Shown here: positions 18,273 to 28,878 of the stretch, piece after piece
Layout: each line of letters starts with the position of its first letter
Numbering within the stretch: position 1 is the first letter of the stretch
Assembly (NCBI GenBank): GCA_009391235.1
Contig: VEXD01000001.1
Coordinates: 97,470 to 161,469, forward strand
DNA from: SAR202 cluster bacterium AC-409-J13_OGT_754m
Lineage (GTDB): Bacteria; Chloroflexota; Dehalococcoidia; Lucifugimonadales; GCA-2712585
Direction: 5' to 3'
DNA: 64,000 nucleotides
Notes under the pieces: model-generated
What the model was told of the DNA's origin: nothing
The model's input: only the letters and a program-made list of their open reading frames with translations
Databases searched by the model: none
Program-made: the position numbers and the translations under genes

Positions 18273-19616
18273 TTAACCCCCGAACAAGTTAGATAGCCCT
18301 TTAATACCCTTATTCTTTGTTAGCTTCTTCATCATTATTTGAGCCTGACTAAATTTGTTTATAAGCTGGTTCACATTTTGTATAGTAGTACCACTACCAT
18401 AAGCAATTCTACGACGCCTCTTACCATTTATAATTCCAGGATTTCGCCTTTCCGTAGAAGTCATAGACTGTATCATAGCCTCCATCCTCTTGAATTCCTT
18501 ATCATCTAAAGATTCATCAGGTAAACGTTTACTCAGTTGAGAAATACCCGGAATCATTTCCATGAATTGCCCAATAGACCCTACTTTTTTCAAACTTTGT
18601 ATCTGGGATAGGAAATCTTCGAAGTCAAACGAGGCTTTGCGAATCTTTTTTTCTAATTCCTTTATATTGGATTCATTGGTTATCTGCTGAGCTTTTTCAA
18701 TAAACGTAAGAACATCACCCATCCCTAAGATTCTTGATGCCATGCGGTCCGGATAGAAAGGCTCTAAGTCTCCCAACTTTTCGCCTACACCAACATAGCT
18801 TATTGGAAGACCAGTTACCTTAGTTGCTGACAATGCTGCTCCTCCTCGTGCATCCCCATCCATCTTGGTCAATATTAAATCAGTTATAGGAACATAATCC
18901 TGGAATTCCTCGGCAGACCGTACTGCGTCTTGCCCCATCATAGCATCAAGAACCAGGAATATTCGGTCTGGAATTAATTCATGGCATATCTCTTTCAGCT
19001 CATCCATCATCTCTTTATCCGCATGTATGCGTCCCGCAGTATCAACTATTACATATTCCACACCAGAGGTTTTTGCTTCGATTATTCCACTACGCACTAC
19101 AGTCCTAGTATTTTTGGCCTCCTCGTCACTAAATACTGTAATGCCAGCTTGTGAACCCATAGAAGTTAATTGCCTTACAGCTGCCGCTCTTTGCAAATCT
19201 GCAGCTATTAACATTACGGACCTTCCCTGCGAATGCAAGTTAAGTCCCAACTTTGCTACAGTGGTCGTCTTGCCTGACCCTTGCAACCCAACTAACATCA
19301 GTACTTTAGGAATTGCGTTTGATTGTTTTGCCTCATATGAGGAGGAAAGCAACAGAATCAATTCCTCATGGACAATTTTAATGACCTGCTGTCCCGGAGT
19401 TAATGATTTTAAAACTTCCTGATCTACTGCACGTTCCCTAATTACAGAGATAAATTCTTTGACTACCTTAAAGTGAACGTCAGCCTCCAGTAAAGCTATC
19501 CTAACGTGACGCAGAGCTTCATCTATGTCATCTGTAGTAAGACGCCCCTTACTAGTAAGCATTTTGAAGGCGTTATTTAGACGTTGAGTAAGTGATTCAA
19601 ACATGGCTTTGCTCAT
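18273..19616 (-). CDS. ffh: Signal recognition particle protein Ffh
   Basis: NG-domain GTPase motifs GLQGSGKTT, DTAGR and TKMDGD, plus a Met-rich M domain. Confidence 0.95.
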   Translation of the reverse strand: MSKAMFESLTQRLNNAFKMLTSKGRLTTDDIDEALRHVRIALLEADVHFKVVKEFISVIRERAVDQEVLKSLTPGQQVIKIVHEELILLLSSSYEAKQSNAIPKVLMLVGLQGSGKTTTVAKLGLNLHSQGRSVMLIAADLQRAAAVRQLTSMGSQAGITVFSDEEAKNTRTVVRSGIIEAKTSGVEYVIVDTAGRIHADKEMMDELKEICHELIPDRIFLVLDAMMGQDAVRSAEEFQDYVPITDLILTKMDGDARGGAALSATKVTGLPISYVGVGEKLGDLEPFYPDRMASRILGMGDVLTFIEKAQQITNESNIKELEKKIRKASFDFEDFLSQIQSLKKVGSIGQFMEMIPGISQLSKRLPDESLDDKEFKRMEAMIQSMTSTERRNPGIINGKRRRRIAYGSGTTIQNVNQLINKFSQAQIMMKKLTKNKGIKGLSNLFGG

Positions 19617-19758
19617 TCTAGAATTCAGACAATCGTATGGTCAAGTAAATACAGTACAGCTATGTTAGAATGTAGCCCAATCACGATTTTGCTTCTAATG
19701 AAACATATACCTCTACTTTATTTAACACCATTAAATACAAGAGAATATTTGTTAGACC

Positions 19759-22341
19759 ATGATACCCACTAAACTTAGTCTGGAAAATTTTTTATCCTAC
19801 GGCAGCAATGTTTCGAGTATAGATCTATCTGACATTCATATTGCTTGCCTCTGTGGCCCCAATGGTCATGGCAAATCTGCTTTCCTGGATGCTATCACTT
19901 GGGCATTATGGGGCAACGCGAGGGGGAAATCACAAGATCAGTTGGTCCACTTTGGTGAAAAGCATATGTGGGTAGACCTGGAATTCTCGGTTAGGGACAC
20001 TATCTACAGAGTTATTCGTCGTCATACTATAAGTGGAATTCGCAATCGCGTAGGGAAAAGTGACCTTCAACTCCAACAAAAACTTGGTGATGAATTCATA
20101 ACAATCACAGGTGATACCATAAGAAAAACTCAATCCCAAATCCAAGATCTTATAGGAATGGACTACGACACATTCATTAATAGCGCATTCCTAATACAGG
20201 GACGGGCGGATGAATTCACAAATAAAAGCCCAGGGGAAAGAAAAGAAGTTCTGAGCAAAATCCTTAGGCTATCTTTTTATGATCTTCTGCAAGAACGAAG
20301 TAGACAAAAAGCTAATGACAATCAAAGAGAAGCCGAACATATTCAAGCCAATCTGGATATCCTAAAGCAACAAATCGAAAATAGGTCTTACTATCAAACA
20401 GAACGAGAACAATATCTTGATGCCATTAGCAATCTCAAAGCAAAAATTGTTGCTAAAAAGCAGGAATTTGACTCACTCCAACGTCAAAAACAATCTCTCG
20501 ACCATTTTTTTCAAGAAATTCAATCCATAAAACTGAGAATACCTAGCTTGACAAATGAAACTCATATTTTTGCTAAAGACATTGAAACTCGAAAACTCCG
20601 GATTAGTGAATTCCAGAAACTCATACAAAATCAAGTCACAATTGAACAGACGATGAGAAATTACGATGCCACTCGACAAAAATTCGAATCCCTAAACAAA
20701 ACTCGCCTACAATACGACGAACTAAAATCAATATCCACAAAAATAAACCAATCTATAGTTCAAGAAAAGGCTCTATTAGAACAACAAGCCGAGAATTTGG
20801 AAACCCGAATTGTTAACGATTTGTCGCCATTTTCCTCCAAAGCCCTATATTTCCAAAGTGAGTTGGACAGGATTAATACTACTTTGCATTCCCTTTCCGA
20901 AAAACTAGAAAACATCAATGAACAACGAGAGTCCATTAGACAGCTTGACCTAAAAATAGGTAACCTAACTGCTAATCAAGATTCCATAAAGAATGATGGT
21001 GAAGATCTAAAAAGAAAACTTGATATGGTTTCAGAACATCCTGATTCTGCAGAATGCCCCCTATGTAATAACCCACTAAGTACAAACGAATGCGAACAAT
21101 TGGCTCAGCTGTATAAAAACCAAATGGCAGAAAAACGTAAAGAATACAAGAAAAACGACACAAATCTTGCACAAATTCAAAGTCAAAAAAACCAGATGAT
21201 TGGTGAAATGCAAAAATCTGAAAACTTAACCCGTGGAATGCATAATAATGCACTTCGGGAAGAAGCTAGTATGGCCCAAAATTTGCAGCGCAGCCAAGAG
21301 GCTAATTCTGAGTCAGAGCGCCTAAATATTTCATTAACACTTATAAAAAGCGAATTGGCAAAATCATCTTATGCCTACGATGAGCAGAAGAAGCTTCAGG
21401 AAATTGATAATCAGATTAGGATATTAAGTTATAAACCGAATGAACTTCAGACTACGTATGACGAACTAATGCGTCTATCAAAATCCGAGCAACAGAGTCA
21501 ACAGTTAAAGGTAGCCTTAGTTGAACTTCCAAAGGAACAAGCCAGTTTGGCCCAATTAGAAGAACTTAATACTAACAAACTTAAGGACATAGAACAGGCA
21601 ACACAACGATTATCTGAGCTCCTAACAATAATATCCGAAAAGGAATCAGTAGAACAAAACTTTACAGAAACAAGATCAGACCTTATTACAATGGAGAATT
21701 CTCAAAATGACCTAATTAAACGCTCAGGTGACATTGAAGCTAGTCTAAAAAGGTTCGCAGAACTCGAAATTGAAATAGAAAACAAAACCAGTCAAATTTT
21801 AAAATTGCGCAGCACTCAGAATATATACCAAGAGTTGGCATACGCTTTCGGTCGCCAAGGCATTCAAGCCCTAATAATAGAAACTATCCTTCCTAATATA
21901 GAAGTGGAGGCAAATAGACTTCTATCCAGAATGTCTGAAGGGCAAATGAGTCTATCTCTTGAAACACAACGAGAGATGAAAACTAGAAAGGGCGAATATG
22001 CTGAAACGTTAGACATTAGAATCAGTGACGAATTGGGTCCTAGACCATACGAAATGTTTAGCGGTGGAGAAGCATTCCGAATCAACCTTGCTCTAAGAAT
22101 CGCTCTATCTAAGGTCTTGGCAAACAGAAGTGGAGCACCACTTCCTACTCTATTCATAGATGAAGGGTTTGGCACACAAGACGGCGCTGGCCGAGAACGA
22201 ATTTTAGACGTCATTCAGGCAATCCAGCCCGATTTTGAACGTATAATAGTTATTACACATCTAGAAGAACTTAAGGAGTCCTTTCCTACCAGAATAGAGG
22301 TGCTTAAAACCAACGGCTCTTCAAACCTTTGGATAACTTAA
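19759..22341 (+). CDS. sbcC: SbcC/Rad50-like ATPase (DNA repair exonuclease subunit C family)
   Basis: Walker A GPNGHGKS, a long central coiled coil with a mid-molecule CxxC zinc hook (AECPLCNN, ~21054-21066), signature FSGGEAF and Walker B LFIDEGFG. Confidence 0.8.
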   Translation: MIPTKLSLENFLSYGSNVSSIDLSDIHIACLCGPNGHGKSAFLDAITWALWGNARGKSQDQLVHFGEKHMWVDLEFSVRDTIYRVIRRHTISGIRNRVGKSDLQLQQKLGDEFITITGDTIRKTQSQIQDLIGMDYDTFINSAFLIQGRADEFTNKSPGERKEVLSKILRLSFYDLLQERSRQKANDNQREAEHIQANLDILKQQIENRSYYQTEREQYLDAISNLKAKIVAKKQEFDSLQRQKQSLDHFFQEIQSIKLRIPSLTNETHIFAKDIETRKLRISEFQKLIQNQVTIEQTMRNYDATRQKFESLNKTRLQYDELKSISTKINQSIVQEKALLEQQAENLETRIVNDLSPFSSKALYFQSELDRINTTLHSLSEKLENINEQRESIRQLDLKIGNLTANQDSIKNDGEDLKRKLDMVSEHPDSAECPLCNNPLSTNECEQLAQLYKNQMAEKRKEYKKNDTNLAQIQSQKNQMIGEMQKSENLTRGMHNNALREEASMAQNLQRSQEANSESERLNISLTLIKSELAKSSYAYDEQKKLQEIDNQIRILSYKPNELQTTYDELMRLSKSEQQSQQLKVALVELPKEQASLAQLEELNTNKLKDIEQATQRLSELLTIISEKESVEQNFTETRSDLITMENSQNDLIKRSGDIEASLKRFAELEIEIENKTSQILKLRSTQNIYQELAYAFGRQGIQALIIETILPNIEVEANRLLSRMSEGQMSLSLETQREMKTRKGEYAETLDIRISDELGPRPYEMFSGGEAFRINLALRIALSKVLANRSGAPLPTLFIDEGFGTQDGAGRERILDVIQAIQPDFERIIVITHLEELKESFPTRIEVLKTNGSSNLWIT

Positions 22342-22421
22342 ACGCCCTAACAGAACAATGGATATCATGTAATTGTTAACAACTTGTTTATAGCCTATTC
22401 TCGATGAAAAATAAAAATAAA

Positions 22422-22447
22422 GCGGGATGACATGAAAGTCATCCCGC
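22422..22447. terminator. Bidirectional intrinsic terminator hairpin between convergent sbcC and groEL
   Basis: GCGGGATGAC-ATGAAA-GTCATCCCGC forms a 10-bp perfect stem. It is flanked by an A-rich run on the plus strand, which reads as a T-rich run after the hairpin on the groEL strand. Confidence 0.6.
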
Positions 22448-22475
22448 TAACTATTTTCTAATGGAAAGTTCCCCT

Positions 22476-24107
<1,632 letters not shown>

Positions 24108-24111
24108 CTAC

Positions 24112-24405
24112 TTAGTTGGATAATTTAGCTAGGATGTCACTTTCTCTCAATATCAGATATTCCTGATCGCCATCCTTATACTCAGTCCCTGCATACTTGG
24201 AATATATAACCTTATCTCCTACTTTGACTTCCATAGGTATGCGTTTGCCCTCATCAGTCATACGACCATCTCCCACAGCAACAATTTCTCCTTCCTGTGG
24301 CTTTTCCCTAGCCGTATCTGGCAGAAATAATCCTGAACTAGTCGTTTCTTCCTGCTCAATGGGCTTAATTACTAATCTCTCTCCCAAAGGTGTGAACTTG
24401 ACCAA
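24112..24405 (-). CDS. groS: Co-chaperonin GroES
   Basis: 97-aa GroES sequence ([10 protein letters not shown]...). It has a TTG start with AAGGAGG 5 nt upstream. Confidence 0.95.
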   Translation of the reverse strand: MVKFTPLGERLVIKPIEQEETTSSGLFLPDTAREKPQEGEIVAVGDGRMTDEGKRIPMEVKVGDKVIYSKYAGTEYKDGDQEYLILRESDILAKLSN

Positions 24406-24449
24406 ACCCGCCTCCTTTTCCTATGGAAACTTTTAAGTTGCTCTCCGAA

Positions 24450-24476
24450 TTAGCACTCTAAAAGTTGGAGTGCTAA
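24450..24476 (-). promoter_or_regulatory. CIRCE operator (HrcA binding site)
   Basis: Perfect TTAGCACTC-N9-GAGTGCTAA, 44 nt upstream of the groES start. Confidence 0.85.
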
Positions 24477-24488
24477 TTGAGACGGCTA

Positions 24489-24517
24489 ATGATAAACTAA
24501 CTCATAAATACTGTCAA
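24489..24517 (-). promoter_or_regulatory. Candidate sigma-70-type groESL promoter
   Basis: On the minus strand: TTGACA, a 17-nt spacer, then TATCAT. The CIRCE element begins 12 nt downstream. Confidence 0.55.
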
Positions 24518-24810
24518 TAGGTATATGTCTGCTACTCTCATCTCATCTAAACCAAGTACTTGGTTTAGATATTGGGTATAGTAATGCACATTACAAATGC
24601 TTGTCTAGGCGTGCATTAGGCACAATTCCCAACCCTTAGGGTTTGCTTTGTAGTGATCATTTATAGCTAAAGTACCTTTACGTTATTTCCTGTCCATTAT
24701 AGTATGCCCACAAGCCAATCTGTAATATGGTATTTCGTGCCTACATGGCAACCATTACTATTATATTACTAAATATAACTTCAAGCGGACCGAATATGTG
24801 CTGTAAAAAC

Positions 24811-26838
24811 TTACGCCTCTACACTATCGGCAAGTAATTCTAATATATCGCGTACTTTTTTGCTGCCTGAAACCCCTTTAGCATCAATTCCTTCTTCCAT
24901 CATTTGCAAACAAAATGGACAAGAGACTCCAATGGTCTGCGCTCCGGTGGATAGGAATTGATCCGTACGCATATGATTAATTCGAGCGCCTTGACTCTCA
25001 TCAATCCAGATATGGCCTCCACCAGCACCACAACAAAACCCTTTTTCCCGACATCTTGGCTCAATCTCCACCAGTTTCAAGCCAGGTATAGCTCTAGCAA
25101 TATTCCTGGGCTGCTCGTATATGCCATTGTGCCGTCCCAAAAAACACGAGTCATGATAAGCCACTTCCTCATTTATAGGCTTAACTGGTTTAAGACGACC
25201 ATCTTTGATTAATTCGTCTACAAATTGCGTGTAATGTAATACTTCAAATTCACCACCCAGCTGAGGATATTCATTACGTAGAGTATTAAAACAGTGAGGA
25301 CATGTAGTTACGACCTTTTTCACTTGGTATCCGTTAAGCGTATCAATATTTTGTTGAGCCATCATTTGATACAAATATTCATTGCCCATACGTCTAGCTG
25401 GGTCTCCAGAGCAACGTTCTTCTTCACCCAGGACAGCAAAATCGACCCCGGCTCTTATCAAAACACGAGCCATAGATCTAGCTATACGCTGGCTTTTTTC
25501 TTCTAAGGCTGGGGCACATCCCACCCAAAAGAGTATCTCCGCTTCAGGATGTTCTTTTAATGTCTTAACTTCTAACCCTTCATACCAGTCAACTCTAGTA
25601 AATTGAGTACCCCTCCAAGGGTGACCTCGTTGTTCTATGCTGTTCAAAGCGTCTTGAGCACTAGGTGGAATCTTTGACTCTTCTAAAACTAGATGGCGTC
25701 GCATATCCATGATAGTCGGTATATGCTCTACCTGCACCGGGCATTCTTCCATACAAGCCCCACAAGATACACAATCCCAAATGGCTGATTCCGGAATAAC
25801 ATCGCCTATTAACGCTACAGCTGGATTCAAACCATTCTTAACAGACTCACCAACATCTAATAAATGATCTTTAATATTTTCAACTATATGCATGGGAGAT
25901 AAAATTTTTCCACTTAAGTTTGCCGGACAAACATCTGTACACCTGCCACATACAGCACAGGCATACCCATCAAGTAGTTCTTTCCATGAAAATTGGTCAA
26001 CTCTCCCGGCCCCAAAGTGCTCTGCGGTTTCTAAATCCAAGGTTTCCATTACTCCCGATGGCTTCAACGAATGGAAGAATATGTTAGCTGGGGCAGCAAC
26101 CATATGCATATGCTTAGAAAAAGGTATATAGATAGAAAACCCTAAGATAACCGACAAATGTAGCCACCAAAAGAAACCATGCAGAGTATTAGAAAGTTCT
26201 ATCCCCAACCCTATATCAAATAACCAACGGCCAATCAACCCACCGATGATTACATCGGATTCCGGTCCAATTCCACCTTTTGCAACAAAAAACACCTCAG
26301 TAAGAAGGGTTGATAACATCAAAGTCCCTATAAGGCTTACAATTATTATGGCGTCCTTAGACCGGGTAAGATCAAAACTTAATCTCTTCGGCTTCGCTAT
26401 CCACCTTCTTAATACTGCCCAAACTAATGCAGACAAAATTAGAACCGCCATAATATCTAAATAAATCGCATATGCCCTAACACCATTCTCTGTAATCAAA
26501 GTTTTTGAGAAATCTGACCATACAGAATCTCCAAATATAAATAGGCCATAACTTAGAAGAAAAGAAAGAAACCCAACAAAAATAATTGCATGCCCTATGC
26601 CGGCTTTATCAATCAACGAAACTCGTTGTAGTACTTTTCGTTGACCCAGTGCGACAAACAGGAAATTCCTAAGTCTTACTAGCGGACGATCAAACCTGTT
26701 TTCTTTTCGCCCAAGAAGAATCAGTTTAATAACCCTATTGTAAAACAGATAACCTGAAAGAGCCTGGGAAATCGCAAGTGCCGTATAAACAGCGACCCAA
26801 ACATCTATAAATCCAAAAAAACTATCAGGTGGTACCAC
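24811..26838 (-). CDS. Membrane-anchored HdrD/DsrK-like Fe-S oxidoreductase (NarI/DsrM-like TM domain fused to CCG-domain protein)
   Basis: The N-terminal ~260 aa carry about 6 hydrophobic helices (including FSKHMHM). These are followed by CAVCGRCTDVCP and CVSCGACMEECP 4Fe-4S motifs and two Cys-rich CCG-type regions (CPHC, CCGAGGG, CPFC). GTG start with GGAGA upstream. Confidence 0.7.
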   Translation of the reverse strand: MVPPDSFFGFIDVWVAVYTALAISQALSGYLFYNRVIKLILLGRKENRFDRPLVRLRNFLFVALGQRKVLQRVSLIDKAGIGHAIIFVGFLSFLLSYGLFIFGDSVWSDFSKTLITENGVRAYAIYLDIMAVLILSALVWAVLRRWIAKPKRLSFDLTRSKDAIIIVSLIGTLMLSTLLTEVFFVAKGGIGPESDVIIGGLIGRWLFDIGLGIELSNTLHGFFWWLHLSVILGFSIYIPFSKHMHMVAAPANIFFHSLKPSGVMETLDLETAEHFGAGRVDQFSWKELLDGYACAVCGRCTDVCPANLSGKILSPMHIVENIKDHLLDVGESVKNGLNPAVALIGDVIPESAIWDCVSCGACMEECPVQVEHIPTIMDMRRHLVLEESKIPPSAQDALNSIEQRGHPWRGTQFTRVDWYEGLEVKTLKEHPEAEILFWVGCAPALEEKSQRIARSMARVLIRAGVDFAVLGEEERCSGDPARRMGNEYLYQMMAQQNIDTLNGYQVKKVVTTCPHCFNTLRNEYPQLGGEFEVLHYTQFVDELIKDGRLKPVKPINEEVAYHDSCFLGRHNGIYEQPRNIARAIPGLKLVEIEPRCREKGFCCGAGGGHIWIDESQGARINHMRTDQFLSTGAQTIGVSCPFCLQMMEEGIDAKGVSGSKKVRDILELLADSVEA

Positions 26839-26942
26839 GGTATCTCCAAATAAAATATTATATTTTTCAACACACCTAGTTTACATTCTATACCGAGACA
26901 CTTCAAAGGATCCTAAAAGCTTTTTCTATCCAAAGTTTACTC

Positions 26943-26971
26943 TTGACACCTTAAAAAGCCTTTGTTAGGAT
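26943..26971 (+). promoter_or_regulatory. Candidate promoter of the polyprenyl synthase gene
   Basis: TTGACA, a 17-nt spacer, then TAGGAT. It overlaps the TTG at 26962 listed in the ORF track, which argues for the ATG at 27079 as the real start. Confidence 0.4.
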
Positions 26972-27078
26972 TCCCGGCATCATTTAACGGCTTATCTAAT
27001 CAACTCATAACTAGAGGAAAAATTACTCTGAGCCACTCCAAGCCCCCAGATTCTTCATCAACCGATGGGACCGGTTCA

Positions 27079-28107
27079 ATGTTTCCTTCTATATTGACGC
27101 GCTACGGGCAAATAATACAAGAAAGTTTAATTTCTTCAATACCATCTAGCCAATTGGAGTTATTTAGTCCACTACGCTACCACATGGGGTGGGAAACCCC
27201 AATAGGCGAACACATACAAAACCCTAGTAACCAAGGGAAGTCACTAAGATCTGCTTTATGTTTATTTGCATCAGAAGCGTTGAACGGCGATTGGAAGCAA
27301 TCTATCCCAGCTGCAGTAGCCATAGACCTAATCCACAACTTTTCATTGATACACGATGATATACAAGATGGAGATATCACAAGACGAAATATGCCGACTC
27401 TGTGGTACGTATGGGGACACAATAAGGCAATCCTAGCTGGTAATGTCATGCATGCCTTGGCATATAAAACTGCATTAACGTTGGTGAACAAAGGTATTTC
27501 CCACAAAAAAGCAATGGACACTTCACGATTACTAGCTGAAAGTTCACTTTCCATGATACGAGGTCAATGCTTGGACCTTAATTTTGAAAAAGTTACCGAA
27601 ATTTCAGTAGAGCAATATTTAGAAATGATAAGACTTAAAACCGGCACTCTCATTGCTTGTAGTTTAGAGATAGGTGCTCTGCTAGCTTCTGCTAATCATA
27701 TCCAGATGAGAAGATTTTCAGAATACGGTGGCCATATAGGAAAACTTTTTCAAATCAGAGACGATGTCCTAGGAATTTGGGGGGACTCTAAAAAAACTGG
27801 CAAGGCCACTGCAAATGATATTCGTAGAAAGAAAAAGTCTCTTCCAATAGTCTATGCCTTTAATAAAGCTAAGGGACAAGCTCTTATATCACTGAATCGA
27901 ATATATCAAAAAGAATCCGTCACTGAAATTGAAGTTGAAGAGGTGCTGAATATCTTGGATCAGCTAGAAGCTCAACAATTCGCAAGCTCTTTAGTAGCCC
28001 ATGAGGCTGAGTTGGCCATGAAAACAATTCAGAATTCAAATATACAACCCTGGGCTTTAATAGAAGCACAGGAACTTATAGAATTTTTAGTACTCAGAGA
28101 ATATTAA
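27079..28107 (+). CDS. Polyprenyl diphosphate synthase (GGPP synthase-like, trans-IPPS)
   Basis: First Asp-rich motif LIHDDIQDGD, second motif FQIRDDVLGIWGD, and the KKTGK loop. Confidence 0.85.
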   Translation: MFPSILTRYGQIIQESLISSIPSSQLELFSPLRYHMGWETPIGEHIQNPSNQGKSLRSALCLFASEALNGDWKQSIPAAVAIDLIHNFSLIHDDIQDGDITRRNMPTLWYVWGHNKAILAGNVMHALAYKTALTLVNKGISHKKAMDTSRLLAESSLSMIRGQCLDLNFEKVTEISVEQYLEMIRLKTGTLIACSLEIGALLASANHIQMRRFSEYGGHIGKLFQIRDDVLGIWGDSKKTGKATANDIRRKKKSLPIVYAFNKAKGQALISLNRIYQKESVTEIEVEEVLNILDQLEAQQFASSLVAHEAELAMKTIQNSNIQPWALIEAQELIEFLVLREY

Positions 28108-28142
28108 TTGCCAAACAGAATGAAGACTTTAACGTCACAATT

Positions 28143-28586
28143 TTGAGATGTTCTATGGTCATAGGACCAAGTGGTAATAGATTTGCAACTAATAGTTTTG
28201 ATCAACCAATCTTATTTAGACTGTTGGAATTTGATCCCCCATTACAATTCATCCTTGAGACTGAATTAGCCAAAGTATTAGCCACTATTGCTCTGAATCC
28301 TAGGCCGGGTATATACAACTTGGCAGGAAACGATACTATCAATTACAAATTATTCCTGCGTTTAATGGAAAAACGAGCATTTTTAATACCTGCAATCATT
28401 GCATATCCATTAATAGAATTAATGCGGAAATTAGGACTCCAAAAAGGAAGTTATAAGTCACAACTTGCTTTTATTAGATATCCAATAATCCTTGATATTA
28501 GTAAAGCCAAGCAATCTTTTGATATTCAGATCCAACATTCTTCCACGGAAGCGGTTGAGGCCTATGTAAGTTCAAATTTGCCCTGA
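28143..28586 (+). pseudogene. C-terminal fragment of an NAD-dependent epimerase/dehydratase-family gene (probable remnant)
   Basis: 147 codons resembling only the C-terminal half of extended SDR epimerases (MVIGPSGN..., LQFILETELAKVLA, GIYNLAG). There is no Rossmann GxxGxxG half. It starts 35 nt after the preceding gene, on a TTG. Confidence 0.4.
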
Positions 28587-28878
28587 CTTACCGAGTCCCC
28601 GGTGAGAAACAATGTAAGTCTTTAATTAAACAGAACTATACTTATTGATACGAATACTTCAAACGTTGACACATCAAAATCTCTTGACTGACCCTATAAA
28701 GTATGTAATCATTGCGGCAAGAGATTGTCTACTCTTTAGATAGACAATTCATCATTGGATCCAAATCAAGTTTTTAAAATACAATTGACTCCGTTGAAAT
28801 TCATAGACTTTATGATAAATAAGTAAGTTGTCTACCACTCCCATAGCTTTATTAAGAAAAACGCAACACCATTAAATA

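Noticed and set aside
19663-19671. The same TGTTAGAAT extended -10 sequence occurs upstream of both sbcC (19663-19671) and leuS (8792-8800).
   Set aside because: A shared 9-mer in AT-rich promoter regions is most simply two similar promoters. There are no flanking repeat extensions suggesting a mobile or repeated element.
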